From positions 16,416 to 80,415 of the forward strand of contig CAKPCU010000003.1 in the NCBI GenBank assembly GCA_934148015.1: a DNA stretch of 64,000 nucleotides, in the 5' to 3' direction. Positions 19,195-28,821 of the stretch are shown one piece after another. Numbering within the stretch: the first letter of the stretch is position 1; the number at the start of each line of letters is the position of its first letter. The DNA is from an uncultured Bacilli bacterium (lineage in GTDB: Bacteria > Bacillota_I > Bacilli_A > RF39 > UBA660). The notes under the pieces were generated by a model, which saw only the letters and a program-made list of their open reading frames with translations, was not told where the DNA came from and searched no databases. A program made the position numbers and the translations under genes.

Positions 19195-20151
19195 TTATTC
19201 AATATTTTTTAATACACTTTTTGTAATTTCTTTACCATTTACGTTAAATACTACTTCTTTTACATCATAATTATCTTGAATTGAAAACGAAATAGAATAG
19301 ATTACCTCTTCTAATACCTTCATGGAATTTTCATCATCAAGAAGATAATTATTAAAATTTAATATAAGTTTTTCATTTTCAAATTTATAATCTAAAAGTT
19401 TTGCATTATAATTTAGAAAGCTCATCAAATTTGTTTCATATATGTTGCTTGATGTTAATTCATCTATTATTATTTTAATTTTTTCCCTATCATCATTAAC
19501 CATTCTAGTAACTGGAACATAGTAAAAATAATTATTATTCTTATTTAAATAATAAACGGTAACACCTGTGACATTCTTGTAACTGTCAAAATCATACACT
19601 TTATTTATCCCATCTTTTCTCGAAAAAGGCTGATTTATAATTTTTTTAAATTTCGGCATACTATTTAGCAATTTTCCATTTACTTTTATATAAACCTTTT
19701 TAATTTTATCCAAACTTGTTAAGTTATATGTAATAGCACTTATTGCTTTATTAAAATCAACTTCATTTAATTCTAAAAATTCTGAAGAAAAATCTATTGA
19801 TGCAAAATCATCTTTAAGTATAATATCTAATATTTTAGTATCTATGGGTAAAATAGCTTTAAAACCATTAGGTAACTTATCCTCTAAACTCCCTCCTATT
19901 ACTAATAATTTTAATATGTTTTCTATATATGTTTTAGTATCAGAAGAAGATAGTTGTACTTCACTTCTAGCTACGTAACCATTTTTATCAATTAAATATA
20001 TGTAGCTCTTTTTTGTAGTCATAATAGTATTTTTAGTAATATTGTCTTTAAGAGAATATTCTTTAGAAACTGGAAACAATAATAAAAAAAGGAAAAGAAA
20101 CAACATTCCACTAGTTCTAAATATTTTATTGTAAGCAAATTTTCTTATCAT
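19195..20151 (-). CDS. gerM: GerM-domain sporulation/germination lipoprotein-like protein
   Basis: 318 aa with a signal/TM segment and two GerMN-like halves (..IYLIDKNGYVARSEVQL.., ..VYIKVNGK.., ..VVFNVNGKEI..). Confidence 0.75.
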   Translation of the reverse strand: MIRKFAYNKIFRTSGMLFLFLFLLLFPVSKEYSLKDNITKNTIMTTKKSYIYLIDKNGYVARSEVQLSSSDTKTYIENILKLLVIGGSLEDKLPNGFKAILPIDTKILDIILKDDFASIDFSSEFLELNEVDFNKAISAITYNLTSLDKIKKVYIKVNGKLLNSMPKFKKIINQPFSRKDGINKVYDFDSYKNVTGVTVYYLNKNNNYFYYVPVTRMVNDDREKIKIIIDELTSSNIYETNLMSFLNYNAKLLDYKFENEKLILNFNNYLLDDENSMKVLEEVIYSISFSIQDNYDVKEVVFNVNGKEITKSVLKNIE

Positions 20152-20199
20152 AACTTCCTCCCATATATATTATGAAAAAAATCGCATATATATGCGATT

Positions 20200-20406
20200 T
20201 TATAACTTTATCTCATCTAATTTAAGTAATTCTATCACTGCACTAGCTCTTCCTTTTACTCCAAGTTTTTGCATAACATTTGAAATATGATTTCTAACTG
20301 TCTTTTCACTAATACTTAATTTATCAGCTATTTCTTTAGTTGTCTTATTCGTAATTAAATAATCAAAGATTTCTTTTTCTCTTTTAGTAAGTATTTTCTT
20401 TGACAT
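20200..20406 (-). CDS. gerE: GerE-like LuxR-family HTH regulator
   Basis: 68 aa. LTKREKEIFDYLITNKTTKEIADKLSISEKTVRNHISNVMQKLGVKGRASAVIELL is near-collinear with B. subtilis GerE from memory. Confidence 0.85.
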   Translation of the reverse strand: MSKKILTKREKEIFDYLITNKTTKEIADKLSISEKTVRNHISNVMQKLGVKGRASAVIELLKLDEIKL

Positions 20407-20454
20407 AACTTCCCCACTTTCTTGATATAAGAGGTATTTTAATATTTTCTATAT

Positions 20455-20481
20455 TATTTTATGAAAGTGAGAAAAAAAGGT
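20455..20481 (-). promoter_or_regulatory. Possible SigK-type promoter upstream of gerE
   Basis: Minus strand reads AC, 16 nt, CATAAAATA (consensus AC-N16/17-CATAnnnTA), about 49 nt before the ATG. Confidence 0.35.
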
Positions 20482-20483
20482 AC

Positions 20484-20981
20484 TTAATTCTGATATTTTA
20501 TCGAAATATACATTTTTTCTTTGTATTCTTCTTGAATAGATCTCATTATTTTATTTGCAGAAGAATAGTTATGATCTTTACTATTTATAGTAACACTTAC
20601 ATTATTACCATCTATCTTTACAAATACATCTACTTTAAAATTCTTCTTTATCTTTTCTTGAATAGCTTCCTCCTTGGCTTTTATTTCATCTATTTTTTTT
20701 AATCCTTCGTATGCATTATTCTTCTCTTCAGTAGTAGACTTTTTGTTTGATAAAATCTCATTATATTCTGCCGCCAAAGATGCCCTTTCTTCATCTTTTT
20801 CAACTTGAAGAACCGTTAGAACATCAGAATTAGTAACAGTTACTTTTTCTTCACTTTTATTTTTCTTGATATTTTTGGAATTAGTAGTTAAAAGTTCACT
20901 AGGCATGGTTATGTAGTAAACACTTAATACTAAAATTAAACTAAATAATGTAATAAACCATAGTTTTTGTTTATTTATCAT
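20484..20981 (-). CDS. spoIIIAH: Stage III sporulation protein AH (short form)
   Basis: MINKQKLWFITLFSLILVLSVYYITMPSE.. parallels the B. subtilis SpoIIIAH N-terminus. The C-terminal ..VFVKIDGNNVSVTINSKDHNYSSANKIM.. matches the YscJ-like domain. Confidence 0.8.
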   Translation of the reverse strand: MINKQKLWFITLFSLILVLSVYYITMPSELLTTNSKNIKKNKSEEKVTVTNSDVLTVLQVEKDEERASLAAEYNEILSNKKSTTEEKNNAYEGLKKIDEIKAKEEAIQEKIKKNFKVDVFVKIDGNNVSVTINSKDHNYSSANKIMRSIQEEYKEKMYISIKYQN

Positions 20982-21033
20982 AAAAATCCTCCTTAACTTT
21001 TCTAATTAAATATATGCTTTTATTATAATTTAA

Positions 21034-21063
21034 TTACAAAAAAAGAATCCTAAGATTCTTTTT
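21034..21063 (-). terminator. Terminator spanning the stop of 21050..22375
   Basis: aagaatc-ctaa-gattctt plus a U-run on the minus strand. Confidence 0.5.
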
Positions 21064-22375
21064 GAACATTCATAACAGCATTTGCAAAAGGAAGTACATC
21101 ATTTATTTTTCTATTTAGCTCTTCTTCTTTTGCTTTTAACTCTTCTTTTTTCTTATTTAATTCTTTTTCGATTTCGTCAAGTTCTAATTGTTTTTTATTA
21201 GAATTATCTATTAAACTATTAACGAATGCTTCGTCATCATCTAATCTTTTTTCATCATTATCTAATTTTTGTTGCTTTTCTTTTATAGCATCCAAACGAT
21301 AAGTTAATCTATTTATTAATTCACTAGCTATTTCATCTTCGTTGTATTTATCTATGATGTTATCTTTTTCTTCTGATTTTATAATAGGCTCTACTGCGGT
21401 AAAGCTATTATTTCGCATTTCTTCATCAGATGGCATTGAAACTACTGGAGATTTTGCAATTTTTAGTATTTCTTCTACGTCATATTGTTTCTTTAAATCT
21501 TTATCAACCGTAATAGGTTCTTCTTTTGGAACTTCCAAAGCACTTACACTGATTTTTTCTTCTTCTTCCTTAGATGTATTATTAATGCTTGAAAAACTTG
21601 GTATTTCAGGTAATTCAATATCAGACTTATCATCACTAATAGGAAGTATTTTCTCATCTGTTATAGGTGCTTTAGGTATACTAGGTATTTCGATATCATC
21701 AACATTAGGAGTGAACGGTTTGAAATCATCTGTAATACTACTATTATTTAGTTCAATAATAGCATTAAGGCCATTCATTATTCCATCAACAAAATTACTT
21801 AAATATAAATCACTAATTGATTTAAGTGTACTAGATATAAGAGAATATATGCTTTCTTTATATGTATTGATGGTATTTTCAAATATAGCTACGTTAACAT
21901 TTGGAAAACTACTAATATAATTAATAAAGTTGTTAAACTTGTCTTCAATTTCAACGTTTTTACCATCTGTATCACAAAAATCATTTCTTTTAATTTTAAC
22001 TATTTCTAAATATTTATTATTTAAAAGTGAGTTTAAACTATCTATAAATTTATCTTTTTCTTCTGCATTTGTTATGTTAGCATCTTCTAATTTATCATTT
22101 ATTTTCATAACAAATTGTTCATTTACTGTTTCTACTCCTCTTAAATCTTTAATAACGTATGACTCAACAATTCTATTTATTGGCATAACTAAATCATCTT
22201 TAGCCTTGTTAATAGAGTTAGAAAAATCAATTACATAATTTGATAAAGTTACTAATTCTCCAACAAATGAAGTTGTTTTTTCTTCAATCTGATTATTTAA
22301 ATTTCTAAGTTTTCCTCTATATTCATTGTTGTTTTCACTTATCTTATCTAGAACACTGTTGTTTAATTTATTCAT
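21050..22375 (-). CDS. Coiled-coil protein B, unknown function
   Basis: ATG 22375 (MNKLNNSV) follows GGAGGT and overlaps the upstream stop. Helical N-domain, acidic Pro/Ser linker, C-terminal coiled coil. Confidence 0.6.
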   Translation of the reverse strand: MNKLNNSVLDKISENNNEYRGKLRNLNNQIEEKTTSFVGELVTLSNYVIDFSNSINKAKDDLVMPINRIVESYVIKDLRGVETVNEQFVMKINDKLEDANITNAEEKDKFIDSLNSLLNNKYLEIVKIKRNDFCDTDGKNVEIEDKFNNFINYISSFPNVNVAIFENTINTYKESIYSLISSTLKSISDLYLSNFVDGIMNGLNAIIELNNSSITDDFKPFTPNVDDIEIPSIPKAPITDEKILPISDDKSDIELPEIPSFSSINNTSKEEEEKISVSALEVPKEEPITVDKDLKKQYDVEEILKIAKSPVVSMPSDEEMRNNSFTAVEPIIKSEEKDNIIDKYNEDEIASELINRLTYRLDAIKEKQQKLDNDEKRLDDDEAFVNSLIDNSNKKQLELDEIEKELNKKKEELKAKEEELNRKINDVLPFANAVMNVQKES

Positions 22376-23399
22376 TTGTACTACCTCCGTTTGAATCAAA
22401 AGTTTTAATGTTATTAAGACCCTTTATTAAAGGTTTCATATTAAGGAAAATAACTTCAGCTTCTGATAATTTAGAATTTAGTTCTAATTCTCTTTCATTT
22501 AATTCTATTTTTATTTGAGATAATTTATTTTCACGTTCAATGTTAGCTTCAATGTTCTTATTTGTTATAGCTAATTTTTCCTCTATTTCTTTTCGTCTTG
22601 TTTCAATTTTCGCTTCTCTTCTAGCTAATTTTTCTTCCTTAGTATTAAGACTTAAAATAGTTTTATTAAATAATGTCATATCATCATACTTATCAAATCT
22701 ATTAACTTCTTGTTTAACAACACTTTCATTTGTTAAAATATTTTCTTCAATATTCATAGTATCACTTTCCTCTTCATATTCTTCTTTTATTTCTTCTTCT
22801 GTAACTTCTGGAGTTAATTCTTCTATTAATATATCCATATATTTCTTATCTGTTTGATCAATCATTTCTTTAAGATTTTTTTCTAACTCATCTTTTAGAT
22901 TCTTTAAGGCTCTATCAATTGCACTTACTAAAAAAACATTTTCGTTAACCTTAGAAATAATATTGTCGCTGACATAGGAATCTAAAATACTTATAATGCT
23001 AGTTAGGTCCAAATCTTCTGTCATATTTAATTGATTAGAACTTTTATTTTTACTAAGTTCTTTTAAATATTGTTTATTAATTTTATCAATACTTTCCTTC
23101 TTTAATAAACAATCTTCTATATAAGTATCATTTGTTATTTGAAGTGCTAAAGAATCAATAAATAATTTTCGCTTTATTTTTTTTATAATAGGATTTTTTA
23201 TACATTTAGAAACTTCATCTCTAAGTGTCTCCTCGTTTATATTTATACTGTTATCAGTTATAAGGCTTTCAATATCCTCAGCAAAATGATAAATATTTCT
23301 ATCAATAATTTTGATTAAATTATCGCTAATTATATGATCATTTAACGTACTACATTTTAGTAAAACACTGTTTTTTATTCTCTCAATTACCCCTATCAC
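22368..23399 (-). CDS. Coiled-coil protein A, unknown function
   Basis: GTG 23399 lies 6 nt after AAGGAGG (VIGVIERIK). Same three-part architecture as protein B. Confidence 0.6.
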   Translation of the reverse strand: MIGVIERIKNSVLLKCSTLNDHIISDNLIKIIDRNIYHFAEDIESLITDNSININEETLRDEVSKCIKNPIIKKIKRKLFIDSLALQITNDTYIEDCLLKKESIDKINKQYLKELSKNKSSNQLNMTEDLDLTSIISILDSYVSDNIISKVNENVFLVSAIDRALKNLKDELEKNLKEMIDQTDKKYMDILIEELTPEVTEEEIKEEYEEESDTMNIEENILTNESVVKQEVNRFDKYDDMTLFNKTILSLNTKEEKLARREAKIETRRKEIEEKLAITNKNIEANIERENKLSQIKIELNERELELNSKLSEAEVIFLNMKPLIKGLNNIKTFDSNGGSTNE

Positions 23400-23508
23400 A
23401 ACTAGCCTCCTTAATAAATTACCTACCCCTTTATAGTAACATACCGCTACCATAACTAATAACATTCTACCACAAAAAAATATAAATTTAAACATTAAAT
23501 TTATATTT

Positions 23509-26076
23509 TTAGACTTTTTTTATGTTTTTATCCTTTTTAAAGAAACTATACATGCAAATTATAGCAAAACTAATAAATGATATTCCTATACCAAGTCTCA
23601 TTTTATCAGGATAATATAGTAACTCCACTTTGTGATTTCCTCTTTTTATATCAAAAGCTAAATAACTATCTGCAATCGAGTAAGTATCAACTTTTTTCCC
23701 ATCTACTAAAGCAGTCCAACCATCATCATATGCAATAGTTGTAAACATAACCTTATCTTCATTTAAAGAAACTGTTCCATTAATATATGTATCACTATAA
23801 TTTTTAACTTTAAGTTTGTTATCATTTATTTTATTATAAAACCTTTTAAATACATCGTCATTTATAGTATATGCATAAAATTTAATTACTGAATCATCAC
23901 TATTTTCGAAGTTTATTTTTATATCAATTGTACCAACATCTTTTACACCAACATCTACCACATAATATTCATCAGAAGTAATTGAATAATATTTTCCATC
24001 AATTTCATAACCAGATACTTTATCTCCGCCTATGTATAAATAAACATTATTACGTTTTTCATTAGCTAGTTTAAAAGTCATGCATGTCGATGAATTTTCT
24101 AGTTTATATGCGAAATTTCCATTTGAATTATTAAAGAAATTATTATCTTGTATTTGTCCACCTGTTATATTTGAAACTTGTAAACTATCAAATACATTTT
24201 CTTCATTTGTTGCCTTATACACAAACTCATCTTGATTTTCAAAAGGAAGATATTCTTTTAAAACATAACTTTTAATTTTCTTATCTACCCCGTATATTAA
24301 AGATGAACTATAATTATATTTTATTAAATCAACTGAATTTAAGCTTTTTATATAAGAATAATACTCATTATCAATATAATCTCCCATTAAATATTTAATA
24401 TTAAACATCGTATTGTAAACTGGCGTATTATAGTATTTATAATAGTAACTATTTATATTATTACCAGCAAGTCCTATTTTTCTTTGAAACCTTGAAACAG
24501 ATTCATAAGCCATAGAGGTAAATGTTGAAATACCTTTATAATTAAACCAAGCAGGATCATTTAATGTTAAATAATCTGTTTTTTCTATCCTATATAAATC
24601 ATTATCTTCTTTTTCCACTTCATTTATTAAAGTTGAATATGTATCTTTACTGCTCATAAATGTATTTATATCGTGATCAATATCCCAATTATAATTTATT
24701 GCGTAAATGCACTCAAATGATGTAACAGAGATTAAAAGTAAAATAATTATTAAGTTCTTTTTTTTAAATCTAATTTTAGTTAGCAAATAAATTAATAAAT
24801 ATAATAGCAAAGTTATTATGTTAACTATAGTTCTATCAAAATCAATATTATCAAATTTAAATTTATAAGCTGCTAATATAACCAATAATAAACTTCCAAA
24901 TGCTATAAATACATTTCTTTGCTTAACATCTTTTATTCTTAAAATCCCATAATACCCTATTATTATAAATACAAAAACATATATAAACGAATAACGCCAT
25001 GGCAAATCATTAGGAACGTGAAACGCATGCCAAATAAAGTCTATAGATTTTATATTAAAACAAAAAGAGAAAAACAAAAGAGATACAATAGCTAAAAACT
25101 TGGCTTTCTTATTTATTTTTTTATTCATAAAAAACACTATAACGCCAATTATCGTAATAAGTCCAGAATAAACATTTGGAAGAGGAAGAGTGTCACTTGC
25201 AAAAACAGTTCTGTTAACACCAGTTATGTGATTAAATAAATAATCATATATTTTAAAAGACGACTCAAATAATGGGAATAAATCCTTTGTCGCAGAAATA
25301 GAAGATAATGATTTATAAAGAGGAATTAGTGCAAATGCAACTAAGGCAGCTGCCAAAATGGAAAAGCAAATAAATAGAATGACTTTTTTAAACATAAGTT
25401 TAAAATTAAATCCCACTTTATACCATAGATAAGCAAGGAAATATAATACCGAAAAAATACATATCATGTATGCTATAAAGTAATTAGAAAACAACATAAT
25501 AGATAGAAAAATAGTATAAAATAAAGGACTATCATCATCTACTATTTTATTAATTCCAAGCATAATAAGTGGTAAAAACACCATTCCATCTAACCACATT
25601 ATATTCCAGTAATATGCACAAAAATATCCAGAAAATGAATAAAGAATAGAAAAAACAACTAATAACACATTATCCTTTTTGAAAGTTTTCTTTAAATAAC
25701 ATGACATAAAAGTAGATGCAAAAATAACTTTTAATGCAATTATAAGGGAAAAAGAAATTACTATATTATCTTTTTTAAATATAAACATAATCAAATTAAA
25801 CGGACTGGATAAATAATTTAAAAAATTTCTATAAAATGGTATACCTCCACCAGTATTAAAGGAGTATAACAAAGATTTACCACTTTGAATTCTATCATAT
25901 AATTCATTTAATAATGGTCCGTATTGATGATAAAAATCTACATCTAACATTGAATTATTGCCAAGCGGTGCTATCTTACTTAATGCGTAAATAACACTTA
26001 TTACAATACTTGATACAAAAAATGTAATATATATCCATTTGTAGTCTTTAATCATCTTTTTTAGCTTATCTATCAT
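23509..26076 (-). CDS. YfhO-family polytopic membrane (glycosyl)transferase
   Basis: 855 aa. N-terminal half has about 13 TM segments, followed by a large extracytoplasmic C-domain and a final TM, as in YfhO. Confidence 0.8.
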   Translation of the reverse strand: MIDKLKKMIKDYKWIYITFFVSSIVISVIYALSKIAPLGNNSMLDVDFYHQYGPLLNELYDRIQSGKSLLYSFNTGGGIPFYRNFLNYLSSPFNLIMFIFKKDNIVISFSLIIALKVIFASTFMSCYLKKTFKKDNVLLVVFSILYSFSGYFCAYYWNIMWLDGMVFLPLIMLGINKIVDDDSPLFYTIFLSIMLFSNYFIAYMICIFSVLYFLAYLWYKVGFNFKLMFKKVILFICFSILAAALVAFALIPLYKSLSSISATKDLFPLFESSFKIYDYLFNHITGVNRTVFASDTLPLPNVYSGLITIIGVIVFFMNKKINKKAKFLAIVSLLFFSFCFNIKSIDFIWHAFHVPNDLPWRYSFIYVFVFIIIGYYGILRIKDVKQRNVFIAFGSLLLVILAAYKFKFDNIDFDRTIVNIITLLLYLLIYLLTKIRFKKKNLIIILLLISVTSFECIYAINYNWDIDHDINTFMSSKDTYSTLINEVEKEDNDLYRIEKTDYLTLNDPAWFNYKGISTFTSMAYESVSRFQRKIGLAGNNINSYYYKYYNTPVYNTMFNIKYLMGDYIDNEYYSYIKSLNSVDLIKYNYSSSLIYGVDKKIKSYVLKEYLPFENQDEFVYKATNEENVFDSLQVSNITGGQIQDNNFFNNSNGNFAYKLENSSTCMTFKLANEKRNNVYLYIGGDKVSGYEIDGKYYSITSDEYYVVDVGVKDVGTIDIKINFENSDDSVIKFYAYTINDDVFKRFYNKINDNKLKVKNYSDTYINGTVSLNEDKVMFTTIAYDDGWTALVDGKKVDTYSIADSYLAFDIKRGNHKVELLYYPDKMRLGIGISFISFAIICMYSFFKKDKNIKKV

Positions 26077-26134
26077 ATTATCACCAGTAAAATAATATCA
26101 AAACAAAGTGATAAAATCAAGTACATAAATATGA

Positions 26135-26872
26135 TTACTCTAAAACATTAAGTATATCACTACAACTATTTTTTAAGTAAATAGTTAATTTATCATTTAT
26201 ATCTATACACGCTAAAAGAATTCTTTCTATATCATTATAACCCTTTATTCTAAGTTGTTTTAATAACCACTCTTCATTTTTGCCTATTTTTTCTAAATTT
26301 TTTGTCATAATTTTTCCATCAATTATCACATTAGCACATAAACCTTGCTTAGATACCTTAATATTCATATTTTTATTAACTACAGGAGAATACTCTTCTT
26401 TAGGTAAAAAACTGATTTGCCCATTAGCCTCCATTAGTGCATATTTAATCTCACTAATATCAAAGTATCCAGCTATTCTAGCTGTTTGCAAGAAGTCATT
26501 TAAATCCATTTTAGTTCTTTTTAAATTCTTATATACAAAATTACCATTTTCTATGATAACAGTTGGTGTTCCCATAAAAAAACGTCTCAGTTTTATACTT
26601 TTCATAGTAAGATATGAAACTAATGCACCTATAAAACCAAATATCACAACACCTATAACACCGTTTAATATTTGAGTGTCTAAATTCATTGTAACTTCAG
26701 CTGCAAAATTACCTATAGATATACTAATTACATAATCAAATAAACTAAGTTCAGAAACTTGTTTTTTACCAATTAACTTAGTTATAAAAAATAATGTTAT
26801 AAGAGAAAACAAAGCTCTTTGTGAAACAATTATTATTTCATTAAAATCAGTATTCAATATATCTTTTAGCAT
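26135..26872 (-). CDS. DUF421 (YetF-like) membrane protein, second copy
   Basis: ..TKLIGKKQVSELSLFDYV.. motif. ATG 26872 follows GGTGAT. Confidence 0.8.
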   Translation of the reverse strand: MLKDILNTDFNEIIIVSQRALFSLITLFFITKLIGKKQVSELSLFDYVISISIGNFAAEVTMNLDTQILNGVIGVVIFGFIGALVSYLTMKSIKLRRFFMGTPTVIIENGNFVYKNLKRTKMDLNDFLQTARIAGYFDISEIKYALMEANGQISFLPKEEYSPVVNKNMNIKVSKQGLCANVIIDGKIMTKNLEKIGKNEEWLLKQLRIKGYNDIERILLACIDINDKLTIYLKNSCSDILNVLE

Positions 26873-26939
26873 GTATATCACCTAAATATATATTTAACAA
26901 TAATAAATTATATATACAAAAAAAATTACCTTACGGTAA

Positions 26940-27995
26940 TTAATTTATTTCGTTTTGTACACCCTTTTCTATTATACTACTTTTAGTAATATTTTTAGTT
27001 CTATTAGTACCATCTATAACATAATCAACATTAAAATATAGTGTCCTAGTAACATTACTTTCTTCATAAATTATAGTATCAGCTAAATTACTAGTATCAA
27101 TTCCAATATAACTACCATTTCCTATTTTATATGCTATTTTTGTAACACTAGCATTTTCACAAGAAACATCATATTTAGCATAGTTTGATTTTACTTCTTT
27201 TAGGATAAGATTACATTCACCTATATATGCTTTAGTAGTTTTTGGAGTGCTAACAGATTTAACATCATATTTAGTAATTTTACTATTGTTTGGATAATAA
27301 GTAACTTTTAAATATACTTTTTTTTCAAGATCTTTTTTTGATAAATATAATTTATCATTTAATTTTTTTGTAATTAGATCTTTGTAATCGGAGCTACCAA
27401 CTTTGTACTTAATTGATTTTACTTTTGCATTATTACATTCTATATTATAATTCACCCCATTAGATGCTAAACTAAAATCCTTTATATCACAAGTGCCTGA
27501 TGCGTTTTTAATAACTTCAACGTTAAATGTAGCTTCCTTATCGCTGCCATCTAAAGTTTTTGCTGTTATTTTTGCCTTACCAACTTTAAGTCCTACTACT
27601 CTGCCTTTATTATCTACTTTAGCTATGCTTTCATCAGAACTTACATAACCTATTTTTTTATTTCCAGAATTACTAGGTTTTATTGACAAATATAGCTTTC
27701 TTTTAGTACCTTCTCTTAATTTAACTTTACTAATTAATGGTTTTATATCAGTAATTAGTGTGTTACTTTCATACTCTGTATTGTTTTTTCTAACAGATGC
27801 TAAAAGAGATAATTTATCAAATCCAAATAAAGTACCATAACCAAAAACTAATAACAATATAACAGCTACAAAAGAAAAAACAGCTAATAATATAGATTTT
27901 TTCTTTGTTTCCTTATCTGCTAATTTTGGTCTTCCAACCTTTCCCTTTAGTTCTTCATCTGTAAATCCTAGAAATTCAACAAAATCTTTTTTCAT
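26940..27995 (-). CDS. Membrane-anchored surface protein: Big_2-like Ig domain plus two Cys-pair repeats
   Basis: ATG 27995 follows AGGAG. One TM, then a Big_2-like segment (..IGYVSSDESIAKVDNKGRVVGLKVGKAKITAKT..), then two repeats of about 90 aa. Confidence 0.65.
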   Translation of the reverse strand: MKKDFVEFLGFTDEELKGKVGRPKLADKETKKKSILLAVFSFVAVILLLVFGYGTLFGFDKLSLLASVRKNNTEYESNTLITDIKPLISKVKLREGTKRKLYLSIKPSNSGNKKIGYVSSDESIAKVDNKGRVVGLKVGKAKITAKTLDGSDKEATFNVEVIKNASGTCDIKDFSLASNGVNYNIECNNAKVKSIKYKVGSSDYKDLITKKLNDKLYLSKKDLEKKVYLKVTYYPNNSKITKYDVKSVSTPKTTKAYIGECNLILKEVKSNYAKYDVSCENASVTKIAYKIGNGSYIGIDTSNLADTIIYEESNVTRTLYFNVDYVIDGTNRTKNITKSSIIEKGVQNEIN

Positions 27996-28104
27996 ATTTT
28001 CAACTCCTATACCTATCTCTATTATAATATTATCATTTAAATATTTTTCATTCAATAAAAAAATAAATTTATGTATACCAAATGTAAAAAAGAATATCTT
28101 TTAT

Positions 28105-28818
28105 TTAAGATAATCTTTGTATCAATTCAACTAATGCTGGTCCTAGTACTATTAAAAGTATTAGTGGTATAAAAAATATAACAGAAAATATACTTATTTT
28201 ATTTGGAATTTTATTAATTCTTGATTTTATATCCATTATTTGTTTATCTTTTAGGAAATCAAGTTGATTATACATAGTATCTATTATACTATTTCCAAAA
28301 AGATTAGATTGTTCCATATTTAAAATTATGTTATTAATAGTTAGGCTTGGTATTCTCTTGCTCATTAAAGATAAACTTTCAGTTAATGACTTACCAAAAT
28401 TAACCTGTTTTAATGTTTCTTTAAATTCATCTGATATTTCAGAATCTATATACTTACAAGCCATCTTTATTGCATTTTCCAAATTTCTACCTGACTCCAA
28501 AGCAAGTGTTAAAACTTCAAAGTAATAATATGCCTGGCTATCTAACTTTCTTTCCCTTTTCTTTAATGGAACATCTATCATTAAATATCCAATTAGTAAA
28601 TACCATAAAACAGTTACAATAGGTGCGATTATGGCACCTTGATTTATAAATATAAAAACTATAAAGAAAACCATGATAGAAGTATATAATCTAAGATTTA
28701 AAAAGTATTCTTCATTAAATTTTTTAGATACTCCAAACTGATCAATTTTGTTTTTAACTTTTTCTATATCTTGTTTTCTATAAATTCTATTTATAAATTT
28801 TTTCTTACCATTATTCAT
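28105..28818 (-). CDS. tadC: Tad pilus platform protein TadC (T2SS-F family)
   Basis: 237-aa polytopic protein with a T2SSF-like cytoplasmic domain. Sits downstream of tadB. Confidence 0.75.
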   Translation of the reverse strand: MNNGKKKFINRIYRKQDIEKVKNKIDQFGVSKKFNEEYFLNLRLYTSIMVFFIVFIFINQGAIIAPIVTVLWYLLIGYLMIDVPLKKRERKLDSQAYYYFEVLTLALESGRNLENAIKMACKYIDSEISDEFKETLKQVNFGKSLTESLSLMSKRIPSLTINNIILNMEQSNLFGNSIIDTMYNQLDFLKDKQIMDIKSRINKIPNKISIFSVIFFIPLILLIVLGPALVELIQRLS

Positions 28819-28821
28819 CTT

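Noticed and set aside
21342-22857. Three fairly long plus-strand ORFs (192, 102 and 105 aa) opposite the two coiled-coil genes
   Set aside because: They are Ser/Leu-rich mirror images of Glu/Lys coiled-coil codons with no RBS, so they are antisense artefacts.
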